Below are positions 20,510 to 29,799 of a DNA stretch of 64,000 nt, piece after piece. The translations under genes and the position numbers were made by a program. The notes below the pieces were generated by a model. That model searched no databases, was not told the origin of the DNA, and was given only the letters and a program-made list of their open reading frames with translations. Position 1 is the first letter of the stretch. The number at the start of each line of letters is the position of its first letter. Origin of the DNA: an uncultured Planctomycetaceae bacterium (GTDB lineage: Bacteria; Planctomycetota; Planctomycetia; Isosphaerales; Isosphaeraceae); NCBI GenBank assembly GCA_963833985.1, contig CAWIAD010000002.1, positions 2,912,001-2,976,000 of the forward strand, given 5' to 3'.

Positions 20510-21427
20510 CGCGACAGACTCCAGGAACGCGATCACTTGCTCGAGCAGTGCCTCTCCGCCCACCGCCACGACGTCTGAGTGCTTCGCACCGGGCACCTCG
20601 ATGAAAGACGTGCGACCTGGAAACGCAGCCGCGAGCTGTCGGGCTGCGCCGACCGTGATCAGCGTGTCGTCGCTGCCGTGCATGACCAGTACCGGACAGC
20701 GCACCTGCCGGGCGGCCTCGACCGGGCGCGGGTTCACCAGGGAGACGCCCGCGATGCGGCCGGCTCTCCGGGTGACCCGCCGGGCCAGGAACTGCGCCGC
20801 GGGGAGCCGGCGGGCACGGAACCAGGCCTCCATGGCCTGATCAAGATCCGCCATGGGCGATTCCAGGACAATCGCCCGGATCCGCCCGTCCTCGGCGGCG
20901 GTGCGCACGGCAATCGCCGCGCCCATCGACCTGCCCCAGACGATCGGCAAGAGCGGACGCGATGGGCTCGCCATTCGCTCCAGCCCATCCAGCCAGGCGC
21001 GCAGGTCGCCGGCCTCCCGGCCGCCGAACGAAGCAAAAAGGCCGCCACTTCGCCCGTAACCGCGGAGGTCGATCGCGGCGACGTTCCAGCCCGCTCGCTG
21101 CAAGCAGGCCACGCGCTGGGCCTGCACGGCGAGCGAAGCCTCGGCAAACCCGTGCACCAGAACAGCCGTCCGGCCCGTGTCTTCGGCTCCGAGCGCGGGA
21201 TGCCAGAGCCCCGCCAGCATCATACCGTCGCCGGCCAGGGCGCTGATCGGTCTCATTTCCGAGGCGGCCGCGTCCCTGCCCGCGTCCGTGCCCATGCTTC
21301 CGCCGTCCGCCTCGCGCCTCGTGCGCGGAGGCACCACCAGGGCCCAGGCGCCATATTCGATGATGGCCAGCACCGCGAACGACAGGGCTCCGAGCAGAAA
21401 ACCGGCCAGGCCGGTGAAGAACGTCAT
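20501..21427 (-). CDS. Membrane-anchored alpha/beta hydrolase
   Basis: N-terminal TM helix; LVHGF; DLRGYGRSGG; GRSMG nucleophile; HGSDD; GAKH. Confidence 0.88.
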   Translation of the reverse strand: MTFFTGLAGFLLGALSFAVLAIIEYGAWALVVPPRTRREADGGSMGTDAGRDAAASEMRPISALAGDGMMLAGLWHPALGAEDTGRTAVLVHGFAEASLAVQAQRVACLQRAGWNVAAIDLRGYGRSGGLFASFGGREAGDLRAWLDGLERMASPSRPLLPIVWGRSMGAAIAVRTAAEDGRIRAIVLESPMADLDQAMEAWFRARRLPAAQFLARRVTRRAGRIAGVSLVNPRPVEAARQVRCPVLVMHGSDDTLITVGAARQLAAAFPGRTSFIEVPGAKHSDVVAVGGEALLEQVIAFLESVAAK

Positions 21428-21606
21428 CGAGCCAGGCGGCAACCATCGCATTCGGGTATGATGAATCCTCGGATTGTCCCGCTTCCCGCGCGCTGGGCGG
21501 ACCTGGGTCATTTGCCTCGATGGTACGCGAAGCCGCAGAATGTTGCTCGAGCGTGCAGCGCACGCGACATCTTCCCGAACCTCTTCGGCGATGATCAGGG
21601 CCTGGA

Positions 21607-22314
21607 CTACGGTGACTTCTCAGGGGCCCCTGTCGGCCAGCCGCCTTGCTTCCCCCAGTCGAGAATACGCAGGGCGGTTGCCTCGTCAAGATCGTAGCGG
21701 TCGAGGACTGCCCGGTGCTCGGACCGGAAGACATGATAGCGGACTTGCCGCTGACGATCACCCCTTGGAAGCGCCTTTGCGGCGGTCAGCGATCTTTCCC
21801 GGGCGGCGATGAGCTCGCGGAAGATGACCTTGTCCTGCGCCTGGTGGGCCAGGGCCAGAGGGCGGGCGGACCCCCAGGTCTCATCCGTGTACCGCTCCGG
21901 AGGTTCCACCCGGATCCGCGAGTTCTTGCGGAGGTGTTTCGCTTCGATCCAGCCGGCTCGAACCTCCTGCTGCCCTTGCAGGAGACGGATCTCTTGAACC
22001 GATCGAACAATGGGGCCAACCGACATCCCTCCGCCCCGGATCACCAGGCACCGTGTGCCGCTCTCGACCCAGAAAACATCGCCGCGTTTTTCCAGTTCCT
22101 TGCACCTATGGTGGTCCCTGGCATATTCGGCCTTCTCCAGGCCGACGAAGGCGGCGAACGAGGCCGCGACCGGCAGTTTGCTGATCTGTCCCTGCTGTTC
22201 GGCCTCGGGAGAGTACGTATACACAATCGCCTCTTCTCTCTCCTCGAAGACCGAATCGCTGGTGCAAACCTGTCCCAGGAGTGTGATCGCAACCATGAAA
22301 CCCGCACATCGCAT
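21607..22314 (-). CDS. Hypothetical exported protein
   Basis: ATG after AGGGAG; hydrophobic N-terminus MRCAGFMVAITLLGQ; no family recognised. Confidence 0.6.
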   Translation of the reverse strand: MRCAGFMVAITLLGQVCTSDSVFEEREEAIVYTYSPEAEQQGQISKLPVAASFAAFVGLEKAEYARDHHRCKELEKRGDVFWVESGTRCLVIRGGGMSVGPIVRSVQEIRLLQGQQEVRAGWIEAKHLRKNSRIRVEPPERYTDETWGSARPLALAHQAQDKVIFRELIAARERSLTAAKALPRGDRQRQVRYHVFRSEHRAVLDRYDLDEATALRILDWGKQGGWPTGAPEKSP

Positions 22315-22555
22315 GATGAAAACTCCCTGATCCGTGACCGGGCACAACGGAACCAGACGGGCCGCGCGACCGATCCGGCCGCGCCCTCCACCTGATTCAT
22401 GTGAGCTTCCGGGCCTCCGGATACAGGATTTTTTCGAGATTCTTCCGCTCAGCTCTGGCGACGGCCGGGCTGCTGTCGACCGCTCGTTCCAGGAGCGTGA
22501 CGGCGTTGCCGTGGTGACGCCTGGTGAACGCACAAGTGCGATCCAGAGGCTGGCA

Positions 22556-23890
22556 TCACCTCATGGTGAACTGGCCCTTGTCGGCGTACGAGGGAGGGGC
22601 GGGACCGACGTCGAGTGGCGCGCGCAGCGTCTTGAGGAACGCGATCACGTCGGCGCATTCCTCCGAGCTGAGATGCTCGAACAAGAACAGGACATTCTTC
22701 GCATCTCCGCGGTGACGGCGCACGGCTTCCTCGAGTGTCGCGCAACTTCCGTCGTGCAGGTAGGGCGCCGAGTCTGCCACACCCCAGAGAGGTGGAGTTT
22801 TCCATTCGTCGGGACGGGGATGGTCCTCTGGAAGCGGTACGGGGGAAGCGTCTCCATAGTCACCTGCGCTGGAGTCCAGATCGTCCATCCGGTGGAGCAG
22901 GAAATCGCTGTATACCCCGCGGACTCCGCCCATGTCGGGGATGTGGCAGACCGCACAGCCGATCGAATCAAAGAGGCTTCGCCCGCGATCAGCTTGTGCC
23001 CGCTGCCTGGCGTCGTCGGGGACCACCTCGATCGGGCGTGGGATCGTGTCGACGAAGGCCACCAGGGCCTGGAACCGTTCCGGGTCCAGGTCGTTCGCGG
23101 TCGCGCCTTCGCCGCCACAGGCCATCGGCCTGGCTTGCGTCATCAGCGGATTTCCCAGGCCGATCTCATTGGCGCATGCCGCGGCCACAAACTCCTGCAA
23201 GGTGGCGAACTGTGCCTTCCACCCGAACCTGCCCACCCGACCGTCCGGCAGGATGCGCAGCCTTCCCGTCGTCGTGACCCGGAAGTCGCCGCCGAGCTCT
23301 CGCCAGAGTGCGGCCCTCGAGGTCTTCGCGCTCACCGTCCGGATGGCCTTCTCCGAGATCCGGTCGATCCAGCCCACGCCGAAGAGCGAGGTTGGGTTGA
23401 CGCTCTGAAGGTGAACGGGGTTGTAGTCGCGGACCTCGGCCTGGCAGCCGTTGATCACCAGGGTCACACGGGGGATGAGCGGAAACAGGCGCTCCAGCTC
23501 CTTGCTCCCCTCGAGGAACTGGCTGTCCGTCGCAAAGTGGTGGACGAGCCCTCCTTTGACGACGGGCCGGTCTTTCGTCGGGAATGCCTCGAACACGGTG
23601 ACATTGTGCGAGTTGTCACCCGCTCCGCCAGTTCCTGCCTGAGAATGACACGCGACGCAGGACCGAGCGTTGTAGACCGGGCCCAGGCCGTCGCCCAGAG
23701 CCTGAGGATCGTTCGGTTCCCATTCGTGGCGGAACAATTCCAGGCCCGTTTGCTTTAACTGCGGCGGTGCCGACGGCTCGCGCAAGACCGGCACTCCCGG
23801 CGAGAGCGACCAGATCGCCCCGACCACCACGATGCTGAACATCCCCGCGCCGACGCGACAGCGCACGCGCTTGAGTGGCGACTCGTACAT
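22556..23890 (-). CDS. Di-heme oxidoreductase (DHOR) family c-type cytochrome
   Basis: GDGLGPVYNARSCVACH; GRFGWKAQ; GCAVCH; WKTPPLWGV; YLHDG; N-terminal TM helix. Confidence 0.9.
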   Translation of the reverse strand: MYESPLKRVRCRVGAGMFSIVVVGAIWSLSPGVPVLREPSAPPQLKQTGLELFRHEWEPNDPQALGDGLGPVYNARSCVACHSQAGTGGAGDNSHNVTVFEAFPTKDRPVVKGGLVHHFATDSQFLEGSKELERLFPLIPRVTLVINGCQAEVRDYNPVHLQSVNPTSLFGVGWIDRISEKAIRTVSAKTSRAALWRELGGDFRVTTTGRLRILPDGRVGRFGWKAQFATLQEFVAAACANEIGLGNPLMTQARPMACGGEGATANDLDPERFQALVAFVDTIPRPIEVVPDDARQRAQADRGRSLFDSIGCAVCHIPDMGGVRGVYSDFLLHRMDDLDSSAGDYGDASPVPLPEDHPRPDEWKTPPLWGVADSAPYLHDGSCATLEEAVRRHRGDAKNVLFLFEHLSSEECADVIAFLKTLRAPLDVGPAPPSYADKGQFTMR

Positions 23891-24422
23891 GGCACTTCCC
23901 TCCGGAACCGGATCGTTGCCCGAACGGGCGGAACTGATCAGAACGAGCACCTGGACCTCGTATCTCTGACAACTGTAATAACAGCCGCGCAGGAACTCAA
24001 GCGTTTTTTTGCTCGGCTGGTAAAAGCCGGCCCTCCCCGCTACACCTCAGGAAAGGGAAGAAGCGAGAGCAGGGAAAAAGGGACGTGACTGCCGTCGGCT
24101 GCGTGGGATCGTGGGTGCCGTACAAATCAACAGCCAGCATGATCGGTGCTGAAGGAGTCAGGAGCCAGACAGGTCCTAGTCAGCGAAGTCGCCCTTTTTC
24201 CCGGCCCAGCGGAACATCGCCGTGGCGATGGGTGGGATTCGGGGCGAGGTGCAGGTCGGGCTCACGCCCGAGGTTGGAGGCTGCGCCCGTGAAAACCACG
24301 TGCTGGCGCACGTGGCCATGGGCCATGCGCCGCGGACGCCAGGTCGGGTGGAGCAGCGCCGTGGGGATGAGCGTGATGCGCCGATGTGCAGGTCGGGCTC
24401 ACGCCCGAGGGTGAAGGCTGCG

Positions 24423-26162
24423 GGGTGTAAGACACGGTTCGTTTTTCTGAGGTCCTACGCCGCTTTCCCAGTTTCCCTGGCTTTATAGTTGCGGAAGGGG
24501 CTGCTGGGCCTCTCTTTGAGGTACCGATCCAGGCGTCCGTCCTCCGAGAGGAACGACGCTCGAAGCTGAAGCATCGTCTCGGCACCGGCGTCGCTCCAGA
24601 ATTTCTCCGACCCCTTGACCCGCCGGTTGAAGATCTTCACGGTCGACTCCACGTGACTGCTCGTCCACGGCAATCCCCCGCGTCGATAAGCAGGGTAGTC
24701 CATCCGCTCTCGATTATGCTCCAGGTAGCCGAGTTCTTGGGCGATGATCTTGCGCGGGTCATCGTCGGCCAGCCGTTCGAGCTCGTCTCCGGATAAGGAC
24801 GCCTGGGCATCTCGCAGGGTACGGAGTTCCTCAATCACCTGGCCCACGCGTCCCTTCCAGCAGGCCTCCGCCCATGCCTGGAACAACTCCCAGCGGCCTT
24901 CGGTCTCGATCGCCGCAGCCTTGGCGGCCGCGAACAGGTGACCCAGGGCGTGGAGAAAATCAACGATGGCCAGAAAGGTCGGAAAATGCCGTTGCTGCAA
25001 TTTCCAGATCCAGGCCGAGCCGTCCCCCAGGAACGCCCGATGAGCCGCTTTCATGAGATTGCGTCGCCACGCCTCCGCGGCCACCATCGGCCCGAATTGC
25101 TCGCTGGAGCAGGTGCTCGCCACGTAAGTCCGCACCACCAGTTCGGGCCTTTCCCTCGGCTCGGACCGATCCCCGGGGGACGGCAGAGATGCTTCGTCGA
25201 TGTTCTCCGCCGGGGCCTCCTGTAGGCCCATCGAGCTCGACCCGCTGATCCCGCCGACAAGCTTCTCGACGTATCCCCGGTCGCGGTAGCAGGCGGGCAA
25301 CTCCGGCTCCGGGTCGCAGTCCGAGACGACATTGGCCATGGTGGCCAGAATCGCGATCTTGTCCTCACGCCAGGACGCATCATGGGCACCGGGCCCTTCC
25401 CCCTGGCCGCGAATCTGCAGCCGGCCGCCGTCAACCTCGACCACTGCCAGAGCCGGCCGTGTCTCGACTCGCGGCTCGAGCTTATGGGCTTGAAGTTCGC
25501 TCACATGCTGATCTCTCTCGGCCTGCAATTGTTGGCCGACCTCCTGGGCGATGCGGCCGATCTGCCGACTGCCGATGGTCACCTCGGCCAATTCCGCCAT
25601 CGCCTCGGCCGCCTCCCGGAAGGAGGGCTCCCGGGCACCGCAACGGACGATCTTGCGCAGCACCGAAGGGCTGTAGTCATGTGGCGTGAGGCGCAAGGCC
25701 GGACGCTGAGGGAAAAAAATCCCGGCGACATGCCGGGCAGTGGCACTTCGGTTCGGCGTAGGTGACCTTGCCTCCCCAGAATTCAATGGTTCGATCGTTG
25801 CGTTGCACCGGACAGAGCCGCTTGCAGTTGGGACAAGGCTGCTCGGCCCCCAAGAGGGAGGCTTTCTGCTTCAGGAGTTCCTCGATGGTTCCCTTGGCCA
25901 CGGCACAGGCCGCGGTCATGGCCATTTGTTCCATGTCGTCGGCATCGAGGTCCAGGTCAGGCCCAACTTCTTCGTGGACCCGTCGCGCCACAGTTTTCCC
26001 CCACCCTTTGGCCATCTGCTCGACCCCGGTGCGATCCATCGATGGTGACTTACGGAAAGGCATAGCAGGTCCCTCCTTGGACTTCCGGTGACGGACAATT
26101 TGGGAAACTTGACTTGACATGCTACCACCGGCCTCGGGCGGCGCGAACCGCGTCTTACACCC
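24423..26162 (-). mobile_element. Complete insertion sequence, ISKra4-like, 1,740 bp
   Basis: Terminal inverted repeats GGGTGTAAGACACGGTTCG / CGAACCGCGTCTTACACCC (18/19). The 9-bp direct repeat AAGGCTGCG occurs at 24414-24422 and 26163-26171, and the empty site is visible at 26523. Confidence 0.92.
24455..26063 (-). CDS. ISKra4-like DDE transposase encoded in two overlapping frames joined at a T7 tract (25713-25719)
   Basis: ORF1 starts at 26063 after AAGGAGG and contains CPNC..CPACRRDFFP. ORF2 contains VEVDGG, FLGDGSAWIW, IVDFLHA, RMDYPAYR and SSHVESTVK..RVKG. Confidence 0.85.
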
Positions 26163-27612
26163 AAGGCTGCGCCCGTCCGGACCACGGCCTTGACGACCGT
26201 GGTCACCGGTGCCAGACGACGCTGCTGTCTGGAACGGATTCACCCCAGCCGGGAGGTGCCGTGACCACGCCCGTGAGATTGACATGACCACGCCCGTGAG
26301 GGCGTGGTTCGGACGGGCGCAGCCCCCAACCTCGCCCGTGAGGGCGACCCGGTTCAAGTGCAGGTCGGGCTCACGCCCGAGGTTGGGGGCTGCGCCCGTG
26401 AAAACCACGTGCTGGCGCACGTGGCCATGGGCCATGCGCCGCGGACGCCAGGTCGGGTGGAGCAGCGCCGTGGGGATGAGCGTGATGCGCCGATGTGCAG
26501 GTCGGGCTCACGCCCGAGGGTGAAGGCTGCGCCCGTCCGGACCACGGCCTTGACGACCGTGGTCACCGGTGCCAGACGACGCTGCTGTCTGGAACGGATT
26601 CACCCCAGCCGGGAGGTGCCGTGACCACGCCCGTGAGATTGACATGACCACGCCCGTGAGGGCGTGGTTCGGACGGGCGCAGCCCCCAACCTCGCCCGTG
26701 AGGGCGACCCGGTTCAAGTGCAGGTCGGGCTCACGCCCGAGGTTGGAGGCTGCGCCCGTGAAAACCACGTGCTGACGCACGTGGCCATGGGCCAAAACCA
26801 CGTACAGACGCACGTGGCCATGGGCGGCGGGCCGCCGTCGGCCAGGTCGAGGAGGATCGGGCCTCCCGGCGGGGCGGGCGAGCGCTCGGCGCGGCTGGAT
26901 ACCTTGGGCATGAGTGTCACGCGGACCCCGATCGCGGTCGGGTCGAGCATTTCGTCCCTTCCGCCGGTTGCCAGCCTGTGCTGGAACCGCGGCGCGGCAC
27001 GCGCCAGCGCCGCGGGCACCTCGTCGAGCGGTGTTTGGCCTTCCGGGTTCATGTTCCCGGTCGTGAGTGCCCGGCAATCCGCCGGCCCCCATGCCGCCAG
27101 CCGTTCCACCTGTTCGCGCGTGCACAGCGCCGCAGCGCCGGAGGGGTCGAGATCGCAGTGGATCGAGCCAGGGAGCCAGCGCATGGGTCGCCGGGGATAA
27201 GGGCCTGAGGTCCGTGCCCCAGGAGGACATCTAATTGGTGGCGGTTCTCGAGACCCGCAGCCTTTGCAACGTAAACTGATCATGACGGTGCAGCGCGGGC
27301 TCCTTGGCAATTCGGTCGTTTGTGATAAAACCCGCCGCACCGTCGAGGCACGGCGGCGCGCAGAGGTTTGACCTGCCTCAACCCTACAAAAAGGGTGATC
27401 CGCGGCGGGGCGAGGCGAAATCAGCATTCCGTGTGCAGCCGATGAGCGGCGGAGAAACTGACTTTAAGTCCTCTCACAGTATGGTTTAACGTCGAAATGG
27501 GTCCGCTCGATCGAACCCAAATCGAAGCCAATCCGGAAGGGGCGGAATCGCGGGGTCGGACATGATGGAGCCGGGTGCTGCGGCTGGCGCGGAGCCCGCC
27601 GCACGCGCTTGC

Positions 27613-29589
27613 TTACCCAGCCAGCGCGTCCGTAGCTGGGGCGTCCGCGGCAGCGGGCGGTTGCCACGTCGGCAGGTCGCACAGGCCGCCCCCGCAGTAG
27701 ATGTGGTGCCAGAGCTGGGTGGAGACCACGCATGTGAGCGCCACGTCGAAGACGAACCGAGCCGGCGTGATCCGGGGCAGGACGGTTTGCAGCGACCGCT
27801 GCTTGAGCACCGAGGCCACGTCGAAGTAGCCGGTGGCGCGCAGCGATTCCGGGCTCAAGAGCTGGTCCACCCAGGGAGGACGCTGGGGGCCCAGGAACGT
27901 CTGTGCCAGGCTGGCGCGGAACATGGTCTTGGGACGGTTGGCGATCTGCCGGGGCAGGATCTGGCCGGCCACCTTGCGGAGGATCCACTTCTCTGTCATG
28001 CCATGCAGCTTGTACTGCGGCGCGATACCCGCACAGAAGCGGATGACGTCGTCGTCGAGATACGGATAGCGCGTCTCCACCGACGCATTCATGGCGATGC
28101 GGTCCCCTTTGGAGATCATAAGCAGGCCGGCCAGCATCACCTTGTAGCCCACATAGAGTGACTGGTTCAGGGGGTGCCAGCGGTGCATCCGGTCGGTGGT
28201 GATGTCGAGATCGGAGTAGGAACTGTGATCGCCGAGCTGTTGCCACATCGACTCGGAGTAGAGGACCGGCTTGGACTGCGAGATCATCTCGTAGAGGTCC
28301 TGCTGCGCGGTGCGGACCCCGCCGATGGCCCGCTCGGCGGGGACGGTCATTCGCCCGCCCGAAACCCAGCTGGCAAGCAGGTTGCGCGCCAGCCGAGGCG
28401 CCTTGTAGCCCACGGTGCGGTAGGCGCCGTCGCGGATCTTCTGGGTCTTGTACCAGACGTAGCCGGCCAGGGCCTCGTCGGCCCCCTCACCGGTGAGCGC
28501 CACCTTGTAGCCCTGCCCGTGCACCGCCTGCGCCAGGCGCAGCAGCGCCGCACAGGAGGTGTCGAGTACGGGTCCCTCGGCGGCGCGGACAAGCTCGGGG
28601 AATGTCGCGCCGATCTTGGAGCGGTCCATGACCACGGTCGTCAAGGGCGAGTTCATCACCGAGGCGGCCTCGGTGGCGTGGATTCGCTCGTCTGGCCCAG
28701 CGCCCTCGAAGCCGATGGTGAATGCCGGGATCGGCTCACCGCGGTACCGTGCGCAGATGCCCAGGACGACGGTGGAATCCAGCCCGCCGCTGATATAGGT
28801 GACCACGGGCACGTCGCTGCGCAGCCTGCGTTCGACGGCCTGCTGCAAGAGGTTCTGAAGCTCGTCAACCAAGATCGCGGGGTCGGCCGCGCGGCGTTCC
28901 TGACCCGCATCCGGGAAGTCTAGGTCCCAGTAGAGGTGCTTCGAGACGCGCCCGTCGCGGACCTTGAGGAAATGGCCCGGCGGAAGGGAGTGGATTCCCT
29001 CGAAGAAGGTGCGCGAGGTTCCCGTGCAGAAGAACGTGAAAAGATGATCGATGCCGCGCACATCGGGCTGCGCCCGGATCATGCCCGAGGCGAGGAGCGC
29101 CTTGATTTCCGAGCCCCAGAGCAGCCAGCCGTCGACTTCCGCGTAATGGAGCGGGCAGATGCCCACGCGGTCCCGGCCCAGGATCAGCGTCCTGGTGCCG
29201 CGGTCCCAGAGCGAGACGGCGAACTGTCCGCGGGCCTTCTCGAACATCGCCTCGCCGGCGTCCTCGTAGAGATGGACCCAGGCTTCCGTATCGCACCTGG
29301 TAGCCAGCCGATGACCCCGGGACAGCAGCTCCTGCCTCAGCTCCGGGTACTCGAACAGCTCGCCGTTGAAGGCCACCCAGATCGAGCCGTCCTCGTTGGC
29401 CAGGGGCTGCCGGCCCCCTGCGAGGTCGATGATGGAGAGCCTCCGCGCCCCGAGGGCGACCCCGGGCTCGATGTGAATCTGCTCATCGTCCGGCCCCCGA
29501 TGGGCGATCGCCGCGGTCATGGCCAGCAGCCGTCGCGCGGGGAACTCTCTGCGACCCGTCAGATCAACGGCTCCTGCAATCCCGCACAT
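27613..29589 (-). CDS. asnB: Asparagine synthase (glutamine-hydrolysing) family amidotransferase
   Basis: MCGIAG Ntn cysteine; HRGPD; RRLSIID; FNGEL; DTE; SGGLDS; TGEGADE. Confidence 0.92.
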   Translation of the reverse strand: MCGIAGAVDLTGRREFPARRLLAMTAAIAHRGPDDEQIHIEPGVALGARRLSIIDLAGGRQPLANEDGSIWVAFNGELFEYPELRQELLSRGHRLATRCDTEAWVHLYEDAGEAMFEKARGQFAVSLWDRGTRTLILGRDRVGICPLHYAEVDGWLLWGSEIKALLASGMIRAQPDVRGIDHLFTFFCTGTSRTFFEGIHSLPPGHFLKVRDGRVSKHLYWDLDFPDAGQERRAADPAILVDELQNLLQQAVERRLRSDVPVVTYISGGLDSTVVLGICARYRGEPIPAFTIGFEGAGPDERIHATEAASVMNSPLTTVVMDRSKIGATFPELVRAAEGPVLDTSCAALLRLAQAVHGQGYKVALTGEGADEALAGYVWYKTQKIRDGAYRTVGYKAPRLARNLLASWVSGGRMTVPAERAIGGVRTAQQDLYEMISQSKPVLYSESMWQQLGDHSSYSDLDITTDRMHRWHPLNQSLYVGYKVMLAGLLMISKGDRIAMNASVETRYPYLDDDVIRFCAGIAPQYKLHGMTEKWILRKVAGQILPRQIANRPKTMFRASLAQTFLGPQRPPWVDQLLSPESLRATGYFDVASVLKQRSLQTVLPRITPARFVFDVALTCVVSTQLWHHIYCGGGLCDLPTWQPPAAADAPATDALAG

Positions 29590-29628
29590 GAAGAAACCTC
29601 ATCCTGTTGCGCAGCGGTTTCACCGGGG

Positions 29629-29799
29629 TCATTCGGCCGCCAGCAGCTCCGCGAGGGCGACGGAGAGTGCCGGGTTGGCCCCGACCAGCTCCCTGCGGCG
29701 CGCTGCCTTGCGGTAGACGGCCCCGCCCATGAGCCCGATGACGAATGTGCCAACCCTCAGGAGGAAGCCGCGGACGCCAAGTGGGACGTAAAACTCCAC
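29629..29799 (-). CDS. Small (56 aa) hypothetical membrane peptide
   Basis: GTG start after GAGG; MEFYVPLGVRGFLLRVGTFVIGLMGGAVYRKAARRR..; overlaps the 3' end of the hydrolase and fills the gap to asnB. Confidence 0.45.
   Translation of the reverse strand: MEFYVPLGVRGFLLRVGTFVIGLMGGAVYRKAARRRELVGANPALSVALAELLAAE

Larger units (their letters stand above)
24249..26825. repeat. 360-bp tandem array (about 2.2 units) built from a multi-hairpin sub-element, interrupted by an IS
   Basis: 26163.. repeats at 26523.. with a period of exactly 360 bp. Sub-element GTGCAGGTCGGGCTCACGCCCGAGG..GGCTGCGCCCGT occurs at 24249, 24386, 26358, 26495 and 26718, with inverted copies at 26287-26349 and 26647-26709. 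Confidence 0.92.

Noticed and set aside
24337..24360. SRP-RNA-like CCAGGTC..GGAGCAGC motif in the repeat unit
   Set aside because: It lacks the GNRA-capped helix and the long flanking stem; probably chance.
26349..26362. tRNA T-loop-like GGTTCAAGT
   Set aside because: There is no closing T-stem, cloverleaf or acceptor stem.
24249..26825. CRISPR array interpretation of the ~42-bp repeats
   Set aside because: The intervening segments are 95 and 181 bp and are themselves repeated, some copies are inverted, and there are no cas genes in the window.
26209..27427. ORFs across the tandem array treated as real genes
   Set aside because: The translations in the ORF track are short and Arg/Pro/Ala-rich with no motifs, and variation between copies preserves base pairing rather than codons.
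27464..27490. dif-like / TAAGT-N15-ACTTA site
   Set aside because: The right arm has several mismatches and the spacing is off; no recombinase gene is nearby.
27613..29799. Lasso peptide cluster (AsnB-like cyclase plus small ORF)
   Set aside because: AsnB keeps its Ntn glutaminase domain (MCG), there is no transglutaminase-like protease or RRE gene, and the peptide lacks a lasso leader/core pattern.
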